From the sequence record SRR22947725_211: a stretch of DNA of 48,582 nt. One strand, written 5' to 3'. Positions 9,227 to 19,465 of this stretch are shown here, one piece after another (the first letter of the stretch is position 1; each line of letters opens with the position of its first letter). The translations under genes were made by a program, and so were the position numbers. A model generated the notes under the pieces. That model did no database searches and was not told where the DNA came from. It saw only the letters and a list, made by a program, of their open reading frames with translations.

Positions 9227-10207
9227 TCACATCAGCTTCATTTTGGGCAGGTCCTGAGTGTCGATCAATCCCACAGGCGCACCGTCTGTGTTGACGACGA
9301 TCAGATCGTCAATGGGTTCTTGATCGAACAGATTCAACGCCTCGACTGCCAGTGATTCTTCCTGAATCGTGATCGGGTCGGCAGACATGACTTCACCAAT
9401 GGACGCTTCCAATGGGTGTAAATCCCGCGCCAGGTAACGTCGAAGATCTCCATCAGTAAAAATACCAACCAGTTGACCCAGTGCATCCACCACGCTGACA
9501 CAACCTGCCTTGGCCTGTCCCATCACAAGGAGCGTCTCCTTGATCGATGTGGTCGAAGAGGTCACAGGATTACGCGAGCCTGTTCGCATCACATCCTTGA
9601 TTTTCAATAATAAAGCGCGGCCAATCGCTCCCGAAGGATGACGAGTCGCAAAGTCTTCCTTGCGAAAACCGCGAGCCTCCAGTGTGGCCATGGCCAGGGC
9701 ATCCCCCATGACCAGCATTGCAGTTGTGCTGGAAGTCGGTGCCAGATTGAAAGGACAAGCTTCCTTGGGTACTTCGACGTTCAGAACCAGATCACACGAG
9801 CGCGCCAATGTGGAGGTGAGAACTCCCGTCATGCCGACCAATTTGACTTTGAACCGTTTCAGAGCAGGTAAGAGGTTCAGCAATTCTTCCGTTTCCCCGG
9901 AATAGCTGAGTACGAGAAGGAGATCACCGTCATTGACAACCCCAAGATCCCCGTGCAGTGCATCCACGCTGTCCAACAAAACACTCGTCGTACCCGTGCT
10001 GGTCAAGGTAGCGGCAATTTTTCGCCCGATATTTCCCGATTTCCCAATACCAATGACCACCACCTTACCTCTGGAATCCATTGTTTGCACGAGGGATTCG
10101 ACCGTTTGGTGAAAAGAATTATCCAATAGTCCGGCGACATGCTCAAGGGCTTCCAGTTCCGTTCTGAAAACGTTTCCGGCACGCTGTACATGGATGGAAT
10201 CACTCAT
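9227..10207 (-). CDS. kdsD: Arabinose-5-phosphate isomerase KdsD/GutQ (SIS + CBS pair)
   Basis: GIGKSG, HGDLG, SYSGET, EACPFNLAPTSST, GDALA, HPSGAIG and GIFTDGDLRR. Confidence 0.93.
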   Translation of the reverse strand: MSDSIHVQRAGNVFRTELEALEHVAGLLDNSFHQTVESLVQTMDSRGKVVVIGIGKSGNIGRKIAATLTSTGTTSVLLDSVDALHGDLGVVNDGDLLLVLSYSGETEELLNLLPALKRFKVKLVGMTGVLTSTLARSCDLVLNVEVPKEACPFNLAPTSSTTAMLVMGDALAMATLEARGFRKEDFATRHPSGAIGRALLLKIKDVMRTGSRNPVTSSTTSIKETLLVMGQAKAGCVSVVDALGQLVGIFTDGDLRRYLARDLHPLEASIGEVMSADPITIQEESLAVEALNLFDQEPIDDLIVVNTDGAPVGLIDTQDLPKMKLM

Positions 10208-10231
10208 AATTTTGGGCAAGGCTCTGTTTGA

Positions 10232-11758
10232 TCAGTCTTTATGCCTGACAGATGTCTCATCCATTAATTGTTGAATGGATGCGGCCCATTCTGGCCTCCT
10301 CTGGCGTAAACCTGCAGAGTATCCGTAAATGGACTCGAGTGTCCGAACACCCAACTGGCCATCAGAAAGTTCAACATGCCTCGAATCAATGAGTGTTGGA
10401 TGGGTTATTCCTGCGGCATGACACACTCGCATAATTTCCTTGCGCAGCACCTTTAGATAATTAGCCAAGCGGGCGGATTTCTGCATTGGATCGAGTCCAT
10501 GCATGAGCCATGCATTCTGCGTTGCTACTCCAGTAGGGCAATGCCCGGTGTGACAACGCTGAGCCTGAATACAACCGATGGCTAACATGGCTTCTCTTCC
10601 GACGGAAATCCCATCGCAGCCCAAAGCAAAGGCGAGTATGGCCGATTCAGGAAAGCCCAACTTACCCGAACCAAGGAAAACCACTTTGTCAGTGAGGTTT
10701 TGCTCTGCGAATTTGAGATAGACTCGACTGAAAGCCTGCTTGAAAGGCAATGCCACATGATCAGAAAACACCAGTGGAGCGGCCCCCGTGCCACCTTCGC
10801 CTCCATCGATGGTCACAAAATCAAGGCCCCTGGAGTCCGTCGACATCCTCAAGGCAAGCTGTTCCCAAAATTCCATCTGACCAACCGCCGACTTGATGCC
10901 AACAGGCAGGCCAGAGGTTTCAGCCAGTAATTCGGCATAGTCAAGCAACGTGTCAGTATCCGAAAAGGCACTGTGAGAAGGAGGGCTGAAGCAGGATTTA
11001 CCGGGTTCTATACCACGAATGGCCGCGATTTCACTGGTTACTTTTTCAGCCGGCACAATGCCTCCGAGACCAGCTTTCGCCCCCTGGCTGAGCTTGATTT
11101 CAATGGCTCGTATTTGCGGATATTTCTGGATAGTGTCGCGAAAAACGGAAAGATCAAATCCCCCGTCACGATTTCGACACCCATAATAGCCGGTTCCAAT
11201 CTGCCATATTAAGTCCGCACCATGCTGGTGGTGCCTCGAAACGCCGCCTTCGCCTGTATTATGGAGTGCGCCTGACAATGCACAACCGCGGTTGATTGCT
11301 TCTGTAGCGGCTGCGCTCAGACTGCCATAACTCATGGCTGATGCATTGACAACAGAGGGCATTCGAAATGCCCTCCTCCGATTGCGATGCTGACCCAGCA
11401 CCTTGGCACACGGAATCGGGTAATCGGGGGAATTGATGGGGCGGTTTAGAGGAAACGAACTATGCTTGATCAGGATATAGTTGGGTGTTTGTTCAAGATC
11501 ATTATCAGTACCAAATCCAAAATACTCGTTCTGTTTTTTGGATGTCGCATAAATCCAGCGGCGCTGGTCACGGGTAAAGGGCCGCTCCTCATCGTTGTCG
11601 GTGACAATATATTGTCTTAATTCCGGCCCAATCGCCTCGAGGATGTATCGAAAATGACCAATGATCGGGAAGTTTCTGAGAATGGCGTGCTTCTTTTGAC
11701 ATAGATCATAGACAAGCACCAATCCGAGAAATGCCAAAATGATCCAGATCCATGTCAT
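10232..11758 (-). CDS. FMN-binding glutamate synthase family protein (stand-alone, N-terminal TM)
   Basis: AMSYGSLS, NTGEGG, QIGTGYYGCR, EIKLSQGAK, DGGEGGTGAAP and the [3Fe-4S] motif CIQAQRCHTGHCPTGVATQ. Confidence 0.92.
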   Translation of the reverse strand: MTWIWIILAFLGLVLVYDLCQKKHAILRNFPIIGHFRYILEAIGPELRQYIVTDNDEERPFTRDQRRWIYATSKKQNEYFGFGTDNDLEQTPNYILIKHSSFPLNRPINSPDYPIPCAKVLGQHRNRRRAFRMPSVVNASAMSYGSLSAAATEAINRGCALSGALHNTGEGGVSRHHQHGADLIWQIGTGYYGCRNRDGGFDLSVFRDTIQKYPQIRAIEIKLSQGAKAGLGGIVPAEKVTSEIAAIRGIEPGKSCFSPPSHSAFSDTDTLLDYAELLAETSGLPVGIKSAVGQMEFWEQLALRMSTDSRGLDFVTIDGGEGGTGAAPLVFSDHVALPFKQAFSRVYLKFAEQNLTDKVVFLGSGKLGFPESAILAFALGCDGISVGREAMLAIGCIQAQRCHTGHCPTGVATQNAWLMHGLDPMQKSARLANYLKVLRKEIMRVCHAAGITHPTLIDSRHVELSDGQLGVRTLESIYGYSAGLRQRRPEWAASIQQLMDETSVRHKD

Positions 11759-11812
11759 AGCAAACTATTATTCAGGCAATCGTTGCAAAAGAAGACTCCG
11801 TTGAACGATGGG

Positions 11813-12400
11813 TCAAGGCAAGTCACCTATGGTCTTGATGACTTTACCTACCAATCCGTAGTCCATGGCTTCCTTGGGATCCATCCAGAAATTCCGGTCA
11901 CTATCCTGTTTTATTTTTTCAATAGGCTGTCCCGTCTGATCTGCGAAAGTCTGGTTCAGCCTTTCTCGCATTTTGATGATTTCGCGTGCTTCGATTTCAG
12001 CATCGGAAGCTGAACCACCTACGCCGCCCATTGGCTGGTGTAACATGAAGCGAGTGCTGGGCAGACTCAAACGATATTTCTTGGGAGGGGCAGCGTAAAT
12101 CAAAGCTCCTGCGCTGGCCACCCACCCAGTGCCAATGACATAAACCCTGGACTTCACAAAACGAATCATGTCGAAGATGGTATCCCCCGATTCGACGTGT
12201 CCGCCCTGAGAATTGATGATCACCTTGATGGGATCGTTTGATTCGTGGTCCAGAAACAGGAGGGCCTGCGTCACCTTTTCGGCTAAATCCTGATTGATTT
12301 CACCAAAGAGGGTGATCGTCCGCTGTTTCGACAGGGATTCAAATACTTTATTGGGAACAACTGGTTTTGATTCTTCTGATTCCTTATTCAATTGCATCAT
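11813..12400 (-). CDS. clpP: ATP-dependent Clp protease proteolytic subunit
   Basis: INSQGG, VASAG (catalytic Ser), MLHQP (His), DRNFWM (Asp) and YGLV. Confidence 0.93.
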   Translation of the reverse strand: MMQLNKESEESKPVVPNKVFESLSKQRTITLFGEINQDLAEKVTQALLFLDHESNDPIKVIINSQGGHVESGDTIFDMIRFVKSRVYVIGTGWVASAGALIYAAPPKKYRLSLPSTRFMLHQPMGGVGGSASDAEIEAREIIKMRERLNQTFADQTGQPIEKIKQDSDRNFWMDPKEAMDYGLVGKVIKTIGDLP

Positions 12401-12499
12401 GTTGATGACAATTTGATGAGTTGAACACCTTGGTGCAAGCGATATTTGGAGAACGTTTTGAAGAACAGCTCAAATTCCCCACAAATGAATCAGTCTATC

Positions 12500-13135
12500 T
12501 TACGAGCATGATAACCTGTCCAGACATGGATGACCTTTGATTTCCGGAAGTCGTTTGACTTCCATTTCCTTGACAGTAACAGCAAAAGCCACACGATCCC
12601 GCTCCAGCTTTCCTGCTCCCCTGACCTTGGTGAGCGCGGTGATCGTCGCTCGGCCCGGGTCTTGTCCACATGTTAAAAAACTTCGTAGATATCAAATTGC
12701 TCAGTGATCGGAATCATCAACATTGCCGTCGTGTTATTGGCCGTTATGGGCACCATCACACATCTGGTGACCTGGCTCCGATTTAAAGTAAAAGCAGGAT
12801 ATCCCTCGATAATCGCCGGCAGATTGAGTTCAACACTCCGCCTGAATTGAGAGATTGGAATGTTTCCGACAGATGAATACCGCAATCGATCGCGCATTTT
12901 TCCCGTCAGCTGATCAATGAGCGAGGCTTGATCCGTGGCAGATAAGCCTCCAATGACTGACTGAAAGAAAAGTGAGGCACTGATCTGCCCCCCCTGATAT
13001 CCAAGCGGCTTTGGAAATCTCGCTTTGTGAAATTTCGCCATCTCCAGCGCGCGTCAACAAATTGAAAAATCGCCCACCGTTATCCAATGCAAGCATGACT
13101 CTGGCCAATGTCTTGCAAGGAGTCGCTTGCTTCAT
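12500..13135 (-). pseudogene. Frameshifted hypothetical gene (at least two frameshifts)
   Basis: The ATG at 13135 overlaps the permease stop (ATGA). Frame 1 MKQATPCKTLARVMLALDNGGRFFNLLTRAGDGEISQSEISKAA shifts near a G7 run (12988-12994) into GGQISASLFFQ...PITEQFDIYEV. It shifts again at a T6 run (12675-12680) into LTCGQDPGRATITALTKVRGAGKLERDRVAFAVTVKEMEVK. Confidence 0.6.
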
Positions 13136-14853
13136 GATTTCCACTCAAGACTCGATTCTGAAACCATGGTTTGAAACTGGCTCAGCACCCGACGGCGTGT
13201 TCGGCGCCAGGCATACCAGAAATTCCAAGCCAGTCCAATCAGGCACCAGAAGACAATATGGCCTGACTGATGAAGAAACTTGATGTCATTACGCTGGTCT
13301 TGAGTGGGTAAAACCACATCATGAAGCCAATGGTTAATGTAGCTCACAGCAGGCCTCCAGACCATGTCCCATGTTTGAAATCCAAAGAGGTAAATTACCC
13401 AGGGCAAAGCAAGCATCCATAGCACCGAACGCCCTATGGCTTTGTGCGAACTACCCGTTTTCAGTGCATGCCAGATGGCAACCCATCCAATCGACACCAT
13501 GTCTACCACCAGCATACCGATGGCCGCCAGGTATTGAAAACGGAGCAGCGACATGTCCTGATCACGCCCAGGAGCCACAATCGTGCAGACCAGAAGCACC
13601 TCGGCCACCACTAACAGTAAAACGGGTTTCCAGAATTGAAGCAATGAGGCCTTGAAAATGCCATGAACGATTCCATGAGCACCCAGAGGAGTCGTGACGA
13701 CCAATTCCAGAGCACCTGTTCTGCGATCCTCAGCAATGGCCGAAGCAGCCTCCGAGGCCACCCATATTTTGAGGAAAAAATGAACAAACATTCCCAGAGA
13801 GATCAGCAAGGTGGGTTCGGCCATGATTTCTCCATTGAACATATAGCCCATCACCCAGATGAACAGAACCGAGACGACGAAGGTCCAGACATACTTCAGC
13901 TTCAACTTTTCCCGCATGACCATCCACGTCATCGGATGATGATCCAGCAACCATTGTCGATGAACCCTCCTTTGTTCTCCTCGCCCAAACAGAAAGTAGT
14001 GCCAACGCTCCCGAACAGCGTCAAACCAGCTCGAGCGCGGTCTATCTGAAGTCAAACTGGCAATAGAACGTCCTGAGCGATATAGAAGGAACCAGGCAAG
14101 AAGGTGGGGCACCAACAGGGCAATATAAAAACCCATGCCACCCGCGTTCAATCCACGCAAACCGGAGGTCGGAAGACGATTAAAACCGCCATCCAAGATA
14201 AGGTTCATAGCCGTCAGGGGAGAGATAAAGGATAACAGGCGGGCAGAAGCCTCAAATCCCCATTCCAAGTTCTGCGACGCGTACTCGATCAAAATGTAAG
14301 GCCCGACATAGATGATGAATAACAAGCCAATGGAGGCCCAGAGCGCTTTTCGCTCATCCTTGCTGATGGATGAAACAAATATACCAACCGCGATCGACAA
14401 GAAGAGACAATTCAAGAGGACAAGCACCGTTTTTCCCACCAAGGCCAGACTTACCCCACCCATTTGAAGAGTCATCGCAAGGATGGGCACGAAGGCAAGC
14501 AATCCGTAAAACAAATTCAATCCGTGCGCAAAGAGTTTTCCAAACACCACGTCGATTGGTCGCAGATTGGTTAGAAACAATAATTCAAGCGTGCCATCGC
14601 GTTTTTCTCGGCTCAGACTGTCAGAGCAGACAAACACACCCGCAAATGCGCTGAAAAGAACCGCAATGACAGTGAGTGTGAGAAAGAGATTGATTCCTTG
14701 TCCTGCTCCCATGTTTCCCATGCGGGAAGAGGGGAAGAGTGTCCTTCCACAAAACGCAAGGCAGACAAATACAATCACCACTCTTAATCGATGAGTGAGC
14801 GCTTTTCTGGCGCTGATCTGCAGTTCACGCCCTAAGACAGGGAATAAATTCAT
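13132..14853 (-). CDS. ABC-2 type transporter permease (two-repeat, PVC-type)
   Basis: PVLGREL, two EKRDGTLELLFLT / EDRRTGALELVVTT motifs, VFGKL and many TM helices. Confidence 0.85.
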   Translation of the reverse strand: MNLFPVLGRELQISARKALTHRLRVVIVFVCLAFCGRTLFPSSRMGNMGAGQGINLFLTLTVIAVLFSAFAGVFVCSDSLSREKRDGTLELLFLTNLRPIDVVFGKLFAHGLNLFYGLLAFVPILAMTLQMGGVSLALVGKTVLVLLNCLFLSIAVGIFVSSISKDERKALWASIGLLFIIYVGPYILIEYASQNLEWGFEASARLLSFISPLTAMNLILDGGFNRLPTSGLRGLNAGGMGFYIALLVPHLLAWFLLYRSGRSIASLTSDRPRSSWFDAVRERWHYFLFGRGEQRRVHRQWLLDHHPMTWMVMREKLKLKYVWTFVVSVLFIWVMGYMFNGEIMAEPTLLISLGMFVHFFLKIWVASEAASAIAEDRRTGALELVVTTPLGAHGIVHGIFKASLLQFWKPVLLLVVAEVLLVCTIVAPGRDQDMSLLRFQYLAAIGMLVVDMVSIGWVAIWHALKTGSSHKAIGRSVLWMLALPWVIYLFGFQTWDMVWRPAVSYINHWLHDVVLPTQDQRNDIKFLHQSGHIVFWCLIGLAWNFWYAWRRTRRRVLSQFQTMVSESSLEWKS

Positions 14854-14956
14854 GACAGTGCTCCTCGATTCAAGGTTCGTTTGTTGTGAACTCTCAGTAT
14901 GCTGACTTCAGAAAGCTACTTTTGTAAAAGAGAGCAAATAGAATGATATTTAAATT

Positions 14957-15862
14957 CTATAATCGCCCTTTGAGGCGAGATCGAGCCGATTCGAGTATTT
15001 TTCGCTCACTCTCCGTGAGGCTGTGGATTCCATGAGCAGAAATCTTTTCAAGAATTGGATCGACTTTACGAGTGATGAATTCCTCCTCGGTGAGCGAAGA
15101 GGAATTTTTATTGGACCTCGACACGCGCTTGAGCACGCTGCCGACTTTACTCACTGGGTGAACTTGGCGCACTTTGCTCAGGGAAGGCCTTGATGACATT
15201 GCGAAAGACACCTTTTTACCCTCAATTGCGAAATAGACGTATAACAGACCCGCGATGGCTCCGCCAAAATGACCCGCATGAGAAACCCCGCTACCCCGCG
15301 ATAAGATCAGTCCCAAACCCGCAATCGCCAGAAGAATGAAGAACAGATGTTTCACCTTGATGGTGATAGGGATAGGGAACATTGTTAGGGGTGTATCAGG
15401 CCAGAGGCGGGCAAACACCGCAATGAGTCCATACACACCGGCTGAGGCCCCGACCATTAACATTGGGACCGAATTACCGTTCAGACCCCAGGCGATGATG
15501 ACATGCAAAAGTCCGCCTGCGACTCCTGACAAAAAATAGACTCTGAAAAAACCAGCTTTGCCCTGCGATTCTTCAATACTTCGCCCAAAGAGATACAAAG
15601 CCCAACAATTAAACAGTAAGTGCAGAAGGCTTCCATGAATGAACTGAAAAGTGATCAATTGCCAAAGAAACCCGCGGGATACACCGATTTGGCTGAGGTA
15701 AAAATACTGACCCCATACCGAGTTCACTAGAGATGAACTACTGGGCTGGGTAAAAATTTGAAGCAGGAAGACGCCTGCACAGATGACAATGAGTACCACG
15801 ACCGCCGAAAACTTTGTTTGGGCATGGTATGGGGACTGCATATATGGCCGGTCATCTAACAT
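14957..15862 (-). CDS. Rhomboid intramembrane serine protease with C-terminal helical (DUF6576-like) domain
   Basis: WQLITFQFIH, HLLFN, GASA (Ser), HAGHFGG (His); tail VDPILEKISAHGIHSLTESERKIL. Confidence 0.9.
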   Translation of the reverse strand: MLDDRPYMQSPYHAQTKFSAVVVLIVICAGVFLLQIFTQPSSSSLVNSVWGQYFYLSQIGVSRGFLWQLITFQFIHGSLLHLLFNCWALYLFGRSIEESQGKAGFFRVYFLSGVAGGLLHVIIAWGLNGNSVPMLMVGASAGVYGLIAVFARLWPDTPLTMFPIPITIKVKHLFFILLAIAGLGLILSRGSGVSHAGHFGGAIAGLLYVYFAIEGKKVSFAMSSRPSLSKVRQVHPVSKVGSVLKRVSRSNKNSSSLTEEEFITRKVDPILEKISAHGIHSLTESERKILESARSRLKGRL

Positions 15863-16030
15863 TCTTTTAAAAACTACCCAAACAATCGCTGAAATTCAAG
15901 CACCAGACAAAAATCTACCCATAATTCCTCCTGTATGTTTGGAATCTTGGTTTCGATACCCCACATAAGAAGGTTAATTCCCTCTTACGCATTGCCAAAA
16001 CAACTAATTTCGGATGTGATGGGTTTCCAG

Positions 16031-17443
16031 ATGAACCAGTCAGATTCCAACAGAAGAAGACCCCCATCCATCGATTCGCTGTTAAGAAAAACCGATTCGT
16101 ATCCTATTCCGCGTTTACTCCGAAAAAGACTGATTCAGGACCTTCTCCGTGTTTGGCAACAAGAACATTCTTTGCCCGATACCGCCTTTATCGAAGCTGC
16201 CATAGGTTCGCATCTTGAAAGTATCGAAAAAGGCCATCTGCAACCGGTCATCAACGCAACTGGAGTGGTGCTGCATACAAATATGGGAAGAGCCCCATTC
16301 CGCATGGACCTCTGCGTGCATGTGAATCAAAGTCTGATCGGCTACAACAGTCTGGAACTGGACCTCAACACTGGCAAACGCGGCAAGCGTGGCGCTCTAG
16401 TCGAAAAAGCGCTGGCGGTCCTGACCGGTTCTGAATCGGCAACTGTAGTCAACAATTGTGCATCGGCATTGATCCTCATTCTAAGTGCCTGTAAAATAAC
16501 GGATCGTCGCGAAGTACTGGTTTCCAGAAGTGAGCTTGTCCAGATCGGTGGTGGATTCCGCATTCCGGAGATCCTTGAATCAGCTGGGCTTCAATTGAAA
16601 GAGATCGGAACAACCAACCGCACTCACATCAATGATTACAAGAAATCAATCACTGACGAGACAGCACTCATACTGAAGGTCCATCAAAGCAACTTTTACA
16701 TGGACGGATTTGTCGAATCAGCTTCGATCAAGGACTTGGCAGAATTAGCCAAAAGCCAGCAAATACCATTTGCAGTCGATTTGGGCAGCGGCGCTTTGAT
16801 CCACACAGCATCTCATTTTGGGATAGAAGAAGAACCCACTCCGGAATCCATCGTTCAAAAAGGAGCGGACATGGTTTGCTTCAGCGGAGATAAGTTGATG
16901 GCAGGCCCTCAAGCAGGCATCATTGTAGGGAAAGAAACATGGGTTGAACGCTTGAAATCCAATCCTTTTTTCCGTGCCTTGAGACCAGATAAGATGGTAT
17001 TGAGTGCTTTGGAATTCACTGTGCAGAAACATCTCGAATCCAAAAACGACCCCGAGTCGCCCAAGCTTCCAGACCTGCCTGCCTATGAATTGCTGAGCCA
17101 ATCCAGAAACAACCTTAAAGAGCGCGCAGACGCCATATTGAAAGCATCCAACTGCAGGACCGTCCACTTGAACATCATTGAAACAGATTCTGAGGTAGGT
17201 GGAGGCACCATGCCTCGAACACGCATGGCTTCGATTGCCATTGAGGTGAATATCCAGAGTATCAAACCGGACACCATTGCCAGATCATTCCGCGAATGCC
17301 ACCCACCGGTAATCGGCTATGTGCAACAAGGATCATTTCGATTGAATCTTCGCACGATCTTTTCTGATCAGGACGAAACCATCTCTGCATGCATCCAACA
17401 AATTGAAGAGAAACTCGTCCTTCGTTCATCAAAAGAAGCATGA
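16031..17443 (+). CDS. selA: L-seryl-tRNA(Sec) selenium transferase
   Basis: VINATGVVLHTNMGRAP, VVNNCA, SRSELVQIGGGFRIP, GTTNRT, LKVHQSNF, DLGSG and FSGDKLMAGPQAG (PLP Lys). Start taken at ATG 16031; the ORF is open from 15935. Confidence 0.96.
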   Translation: MNQSDSNRRRPPSIDSLLRKTDSYPIPRLLRKRLIQDLLRVWQQEHSLPDTAFIEAAIGSHLESIEKGHLQPVINATGVVLHTNMGRAPFRMDLCVHVNQSLIGYNSLELDLNTGKRGKRGALVEKALAVLTGSESATVVNNCASALILILSACKITDRREVLVSRSELVQIGGGFRIPEILESAGLQLKEIGTTNRTHINDYKKSITDETALILKVHQSNFYMDGFVESASIKDLAELAKSQQIPFAVDLGSGALIHTASHFGIEEEPTPESIVQKGADMVCFSGDKLMAGPQAGIIVGKETWVERLKSNPFFRALRPDKMVLSALEFTVQKHLESKNDPESPKLPDLPAYELLSQSRNNLKERADAILKASNCRTVHLNIIETDSEVGGGTMPRTRMASIAIEVNIQSIKPDTIARSFRECHPPVIGYVQQGSFRLNLRTIFSDQDETISACIQQIEEKLVLRSSKEA

Positions 17444-19407
17444 ACGAAGCCAAACGATCCATTCCATTCATTGTCGCTACGGCCGGACATGTCGATCATG
17501 GCAAGAGCGCCCTGGTCAAGACATTGACGCAGGAGGATCCCGACCGCTTGCCCGAGGAAAAACGAAGGGGTATCACGATTGATCTCGGATTTGCTCAATG
17601 GTTGTTGCGGGATCCAGAAAACCCGTCCACCCAGTATGACCTGGGAATCGTGGATGTGCCCGGTCACGAAGATTTCGTGAAAAATATGATTTCCGGGGTC
17701 GGGGCGGTAGATCTTGGTCTTTTGGTCGTCGCAGCAGATGATGGATGGATGCCACAGACGGAAGAACATTTTCAAATCCTGGAATACCTGGCAGTGCCCA
17801 ACCTGATCGTGGTCATGACAAAATCGGACCTTGCGGAAGGTGAGGCGGATTTTGTCATGGAAATGATCCGTGAGGAACTGAAGGTAACACGTTTTGAGGA
17901 AGCACCCATCATTGCCACTTCTACCAAAACGCATGAAGGATTCGATGCACTGGGAAAGGCTGTGGCAGACATCTTGAGAGTGCAGCCTGCCCATCTTGAT
18001 CTTAGCAAACCGCGCCTGCCTGTAGACCGCTGTTTTTCAGTCAAGGGCATGGGCACCGTGGTTACCGGCACGCTGATCGGGGCTCCCTTCACCACCGACC
18101 AATCCGTTTGCGTTCAACCAGGAAATCTGCAAACGAAAATCAGATCGATTCAGCACCATCATGCGCAGCAGGAGGCAGCCGCACCCGGCATGCGCACAGC
18201 TCTCAATTTACCCGGAACCACGCTGCGAAAAGAACACGCGTTTACAAATACATCCGTGGGGCGTGGACAGGTTGTCACCATTGACGGTTTGGGAGAGAAC
18301 ACAACTTGTCTGGATGCCATCATGGAGCGCACCTCACGTTTCGACAAACCCGGTAATCCAATAAACGGTTGCATCAAGAGCGGCACTCGCATCCGCGTGC
18401 ATATCGGATCAGACAACATTCCAGGCAGGATTCATTTTTCAAATCATGAACCCATGCCTCCTGGAACCCGAGCAGCTGCCCGCATCCGGCTTGAGCGCCC
18501 CATGTTTGCGGTAGAGGGAGATCGATTCGTACTTCGCGATTGGTCACAGCAAGGGACCCTGGGAGGAGGCCGTATTTGGGATGCGGACAGCTCCCACCGA
18601 AAACTGAGTCACCTGGAGCAGCAAACATACCTGAACCATTTGTCCTCAAGCTCAGGAGATGCTCACGACTACCTGAGAGCACGACTCGCAAGAGATCATG
18701 GCATTCAACTGGACTCATTCGCTGCAAAGGGACAATGGACGGCCAAGCAATTGGCCAGAGAAGCGGCCAAGCTAGTGAAAGCAAAACAGGCCATCAAGCG
18801 AAGTGACTGGCTGCTGGATACCAAATGGTGGAACACAAACCTCACCGTCATGGCCAACCATGTGACCCTTTTTCATCAAACACATCCCGACAAGCCGGGA
18901 ATTCCATTGGAAACACTGCGCAGGGAGTTTGGTAAATTGCTTCCTTCACTGGATCTGTTACCCATGGTGCTGCGTGACCTTGGAAAAGAACACGCGATTG
19001 AACAAGCTGGAGAATGCCTCTGCCATCAGAGCCACAGTGTGACTCTGCCTGATCGACTGGTAACTCTTGCTGATCAGATCCTGAAGGAACTCTCCCTGAC
19101 TCCCAACGAACCTCCAGCCCGAAAACACTACGATACATCTCAAGATGCAGGAGACGCCATTCGATGCCTCATCAGGATGAACAAAGTCGTTGAAATCGGG
19201 ACGGACCTTCTCGTCCTTCAATCGGTGCACGAGGACTATCTTCGCAAAATTAAAAACCACCTGACCACTCAGGGCCCTTCCACCGTGAGTTCACTGCGCC
19301 AGGTTCTGGAAATCCCTCGACGCATCGCGATTCCTCTGCTGGAAAAGCTCGATAAAGACGGTCAAACCATACGCGAAGGAGATCTGAGAAAGTGGAAAGA
19401 AATTTAA
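17440..19407 (+). CDS. selB: Selenocysteine-specific elongation factor
   Basis: ATAGHVDHGKS, DRLPEEKRRGITIDLGF, DVPGHEDF, MPQTEEH, DRCFSVKGMGTVVTGT and C-terminal winged helix RRIAIPLLEKLD...REGDLR; ATGA overlap with selA. Confidence 0.96.
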   Translation: MNEAKRSIPFIVATAGHVDHGKSALVKTLTQEDPDRLPEEKRRGITIDLGFAQWLLRDPENPSTQYDLGIVDVPGHEDFVKNMISGVGAVDLGLLVVAADDGWMPQTEEHFQILEYLAVPNLIVVMTKSDLAEGEADFVMEMIREELKVTRFEEAPIIATSTKTHEGFDALGKAVADILRVQPAHLDLSKPRLPVDRCFSVKGMGTVVTGTLIGAPFTTDQSVCVQPGNLQTKIRSIQHHHAQQEAAAPGMRTALNLPGTTLRKEHAFTNTSVGRGQVVTIDGLGENTTCLDAIMERTSRFDKPGNPINGCIKSGTRIRVHIGSDNIPGRIHFSNHEPMPPGTRAAARIRLERPMFAVEGDRFVLRDWSQQGTLGGGRIWDADSSHRKLSHLEQQTYLNHLSSSSGDAHDYLRARLARDHGIQLDSFAAKGQWTAKQLAREAAKLVKAKQAIKRSDWLLDTKWWNTNLTVMANHVTLFHQTHPDKPGIPLETLRREFGKLLPSLDLLPMVLRDLGKEHAIEQAGECLCHQSHSVTLPDRLVTLADQILKELSLTPNEPPARKHYDTSQDAGDAIRCLIRMNKVVEIGTDLLVLQSVHEDYLRKIKNHLTTQGPSTVSSLRQVLEIPRRIAIPLLEKLDKDGQTIREGDLRKWKEI

Positions 19408-19465
19408 ATCCCACGTCTCGAGCGCGATGAGGTTACTTGAGAGAATGCATGAGGAAATCTTTTTT

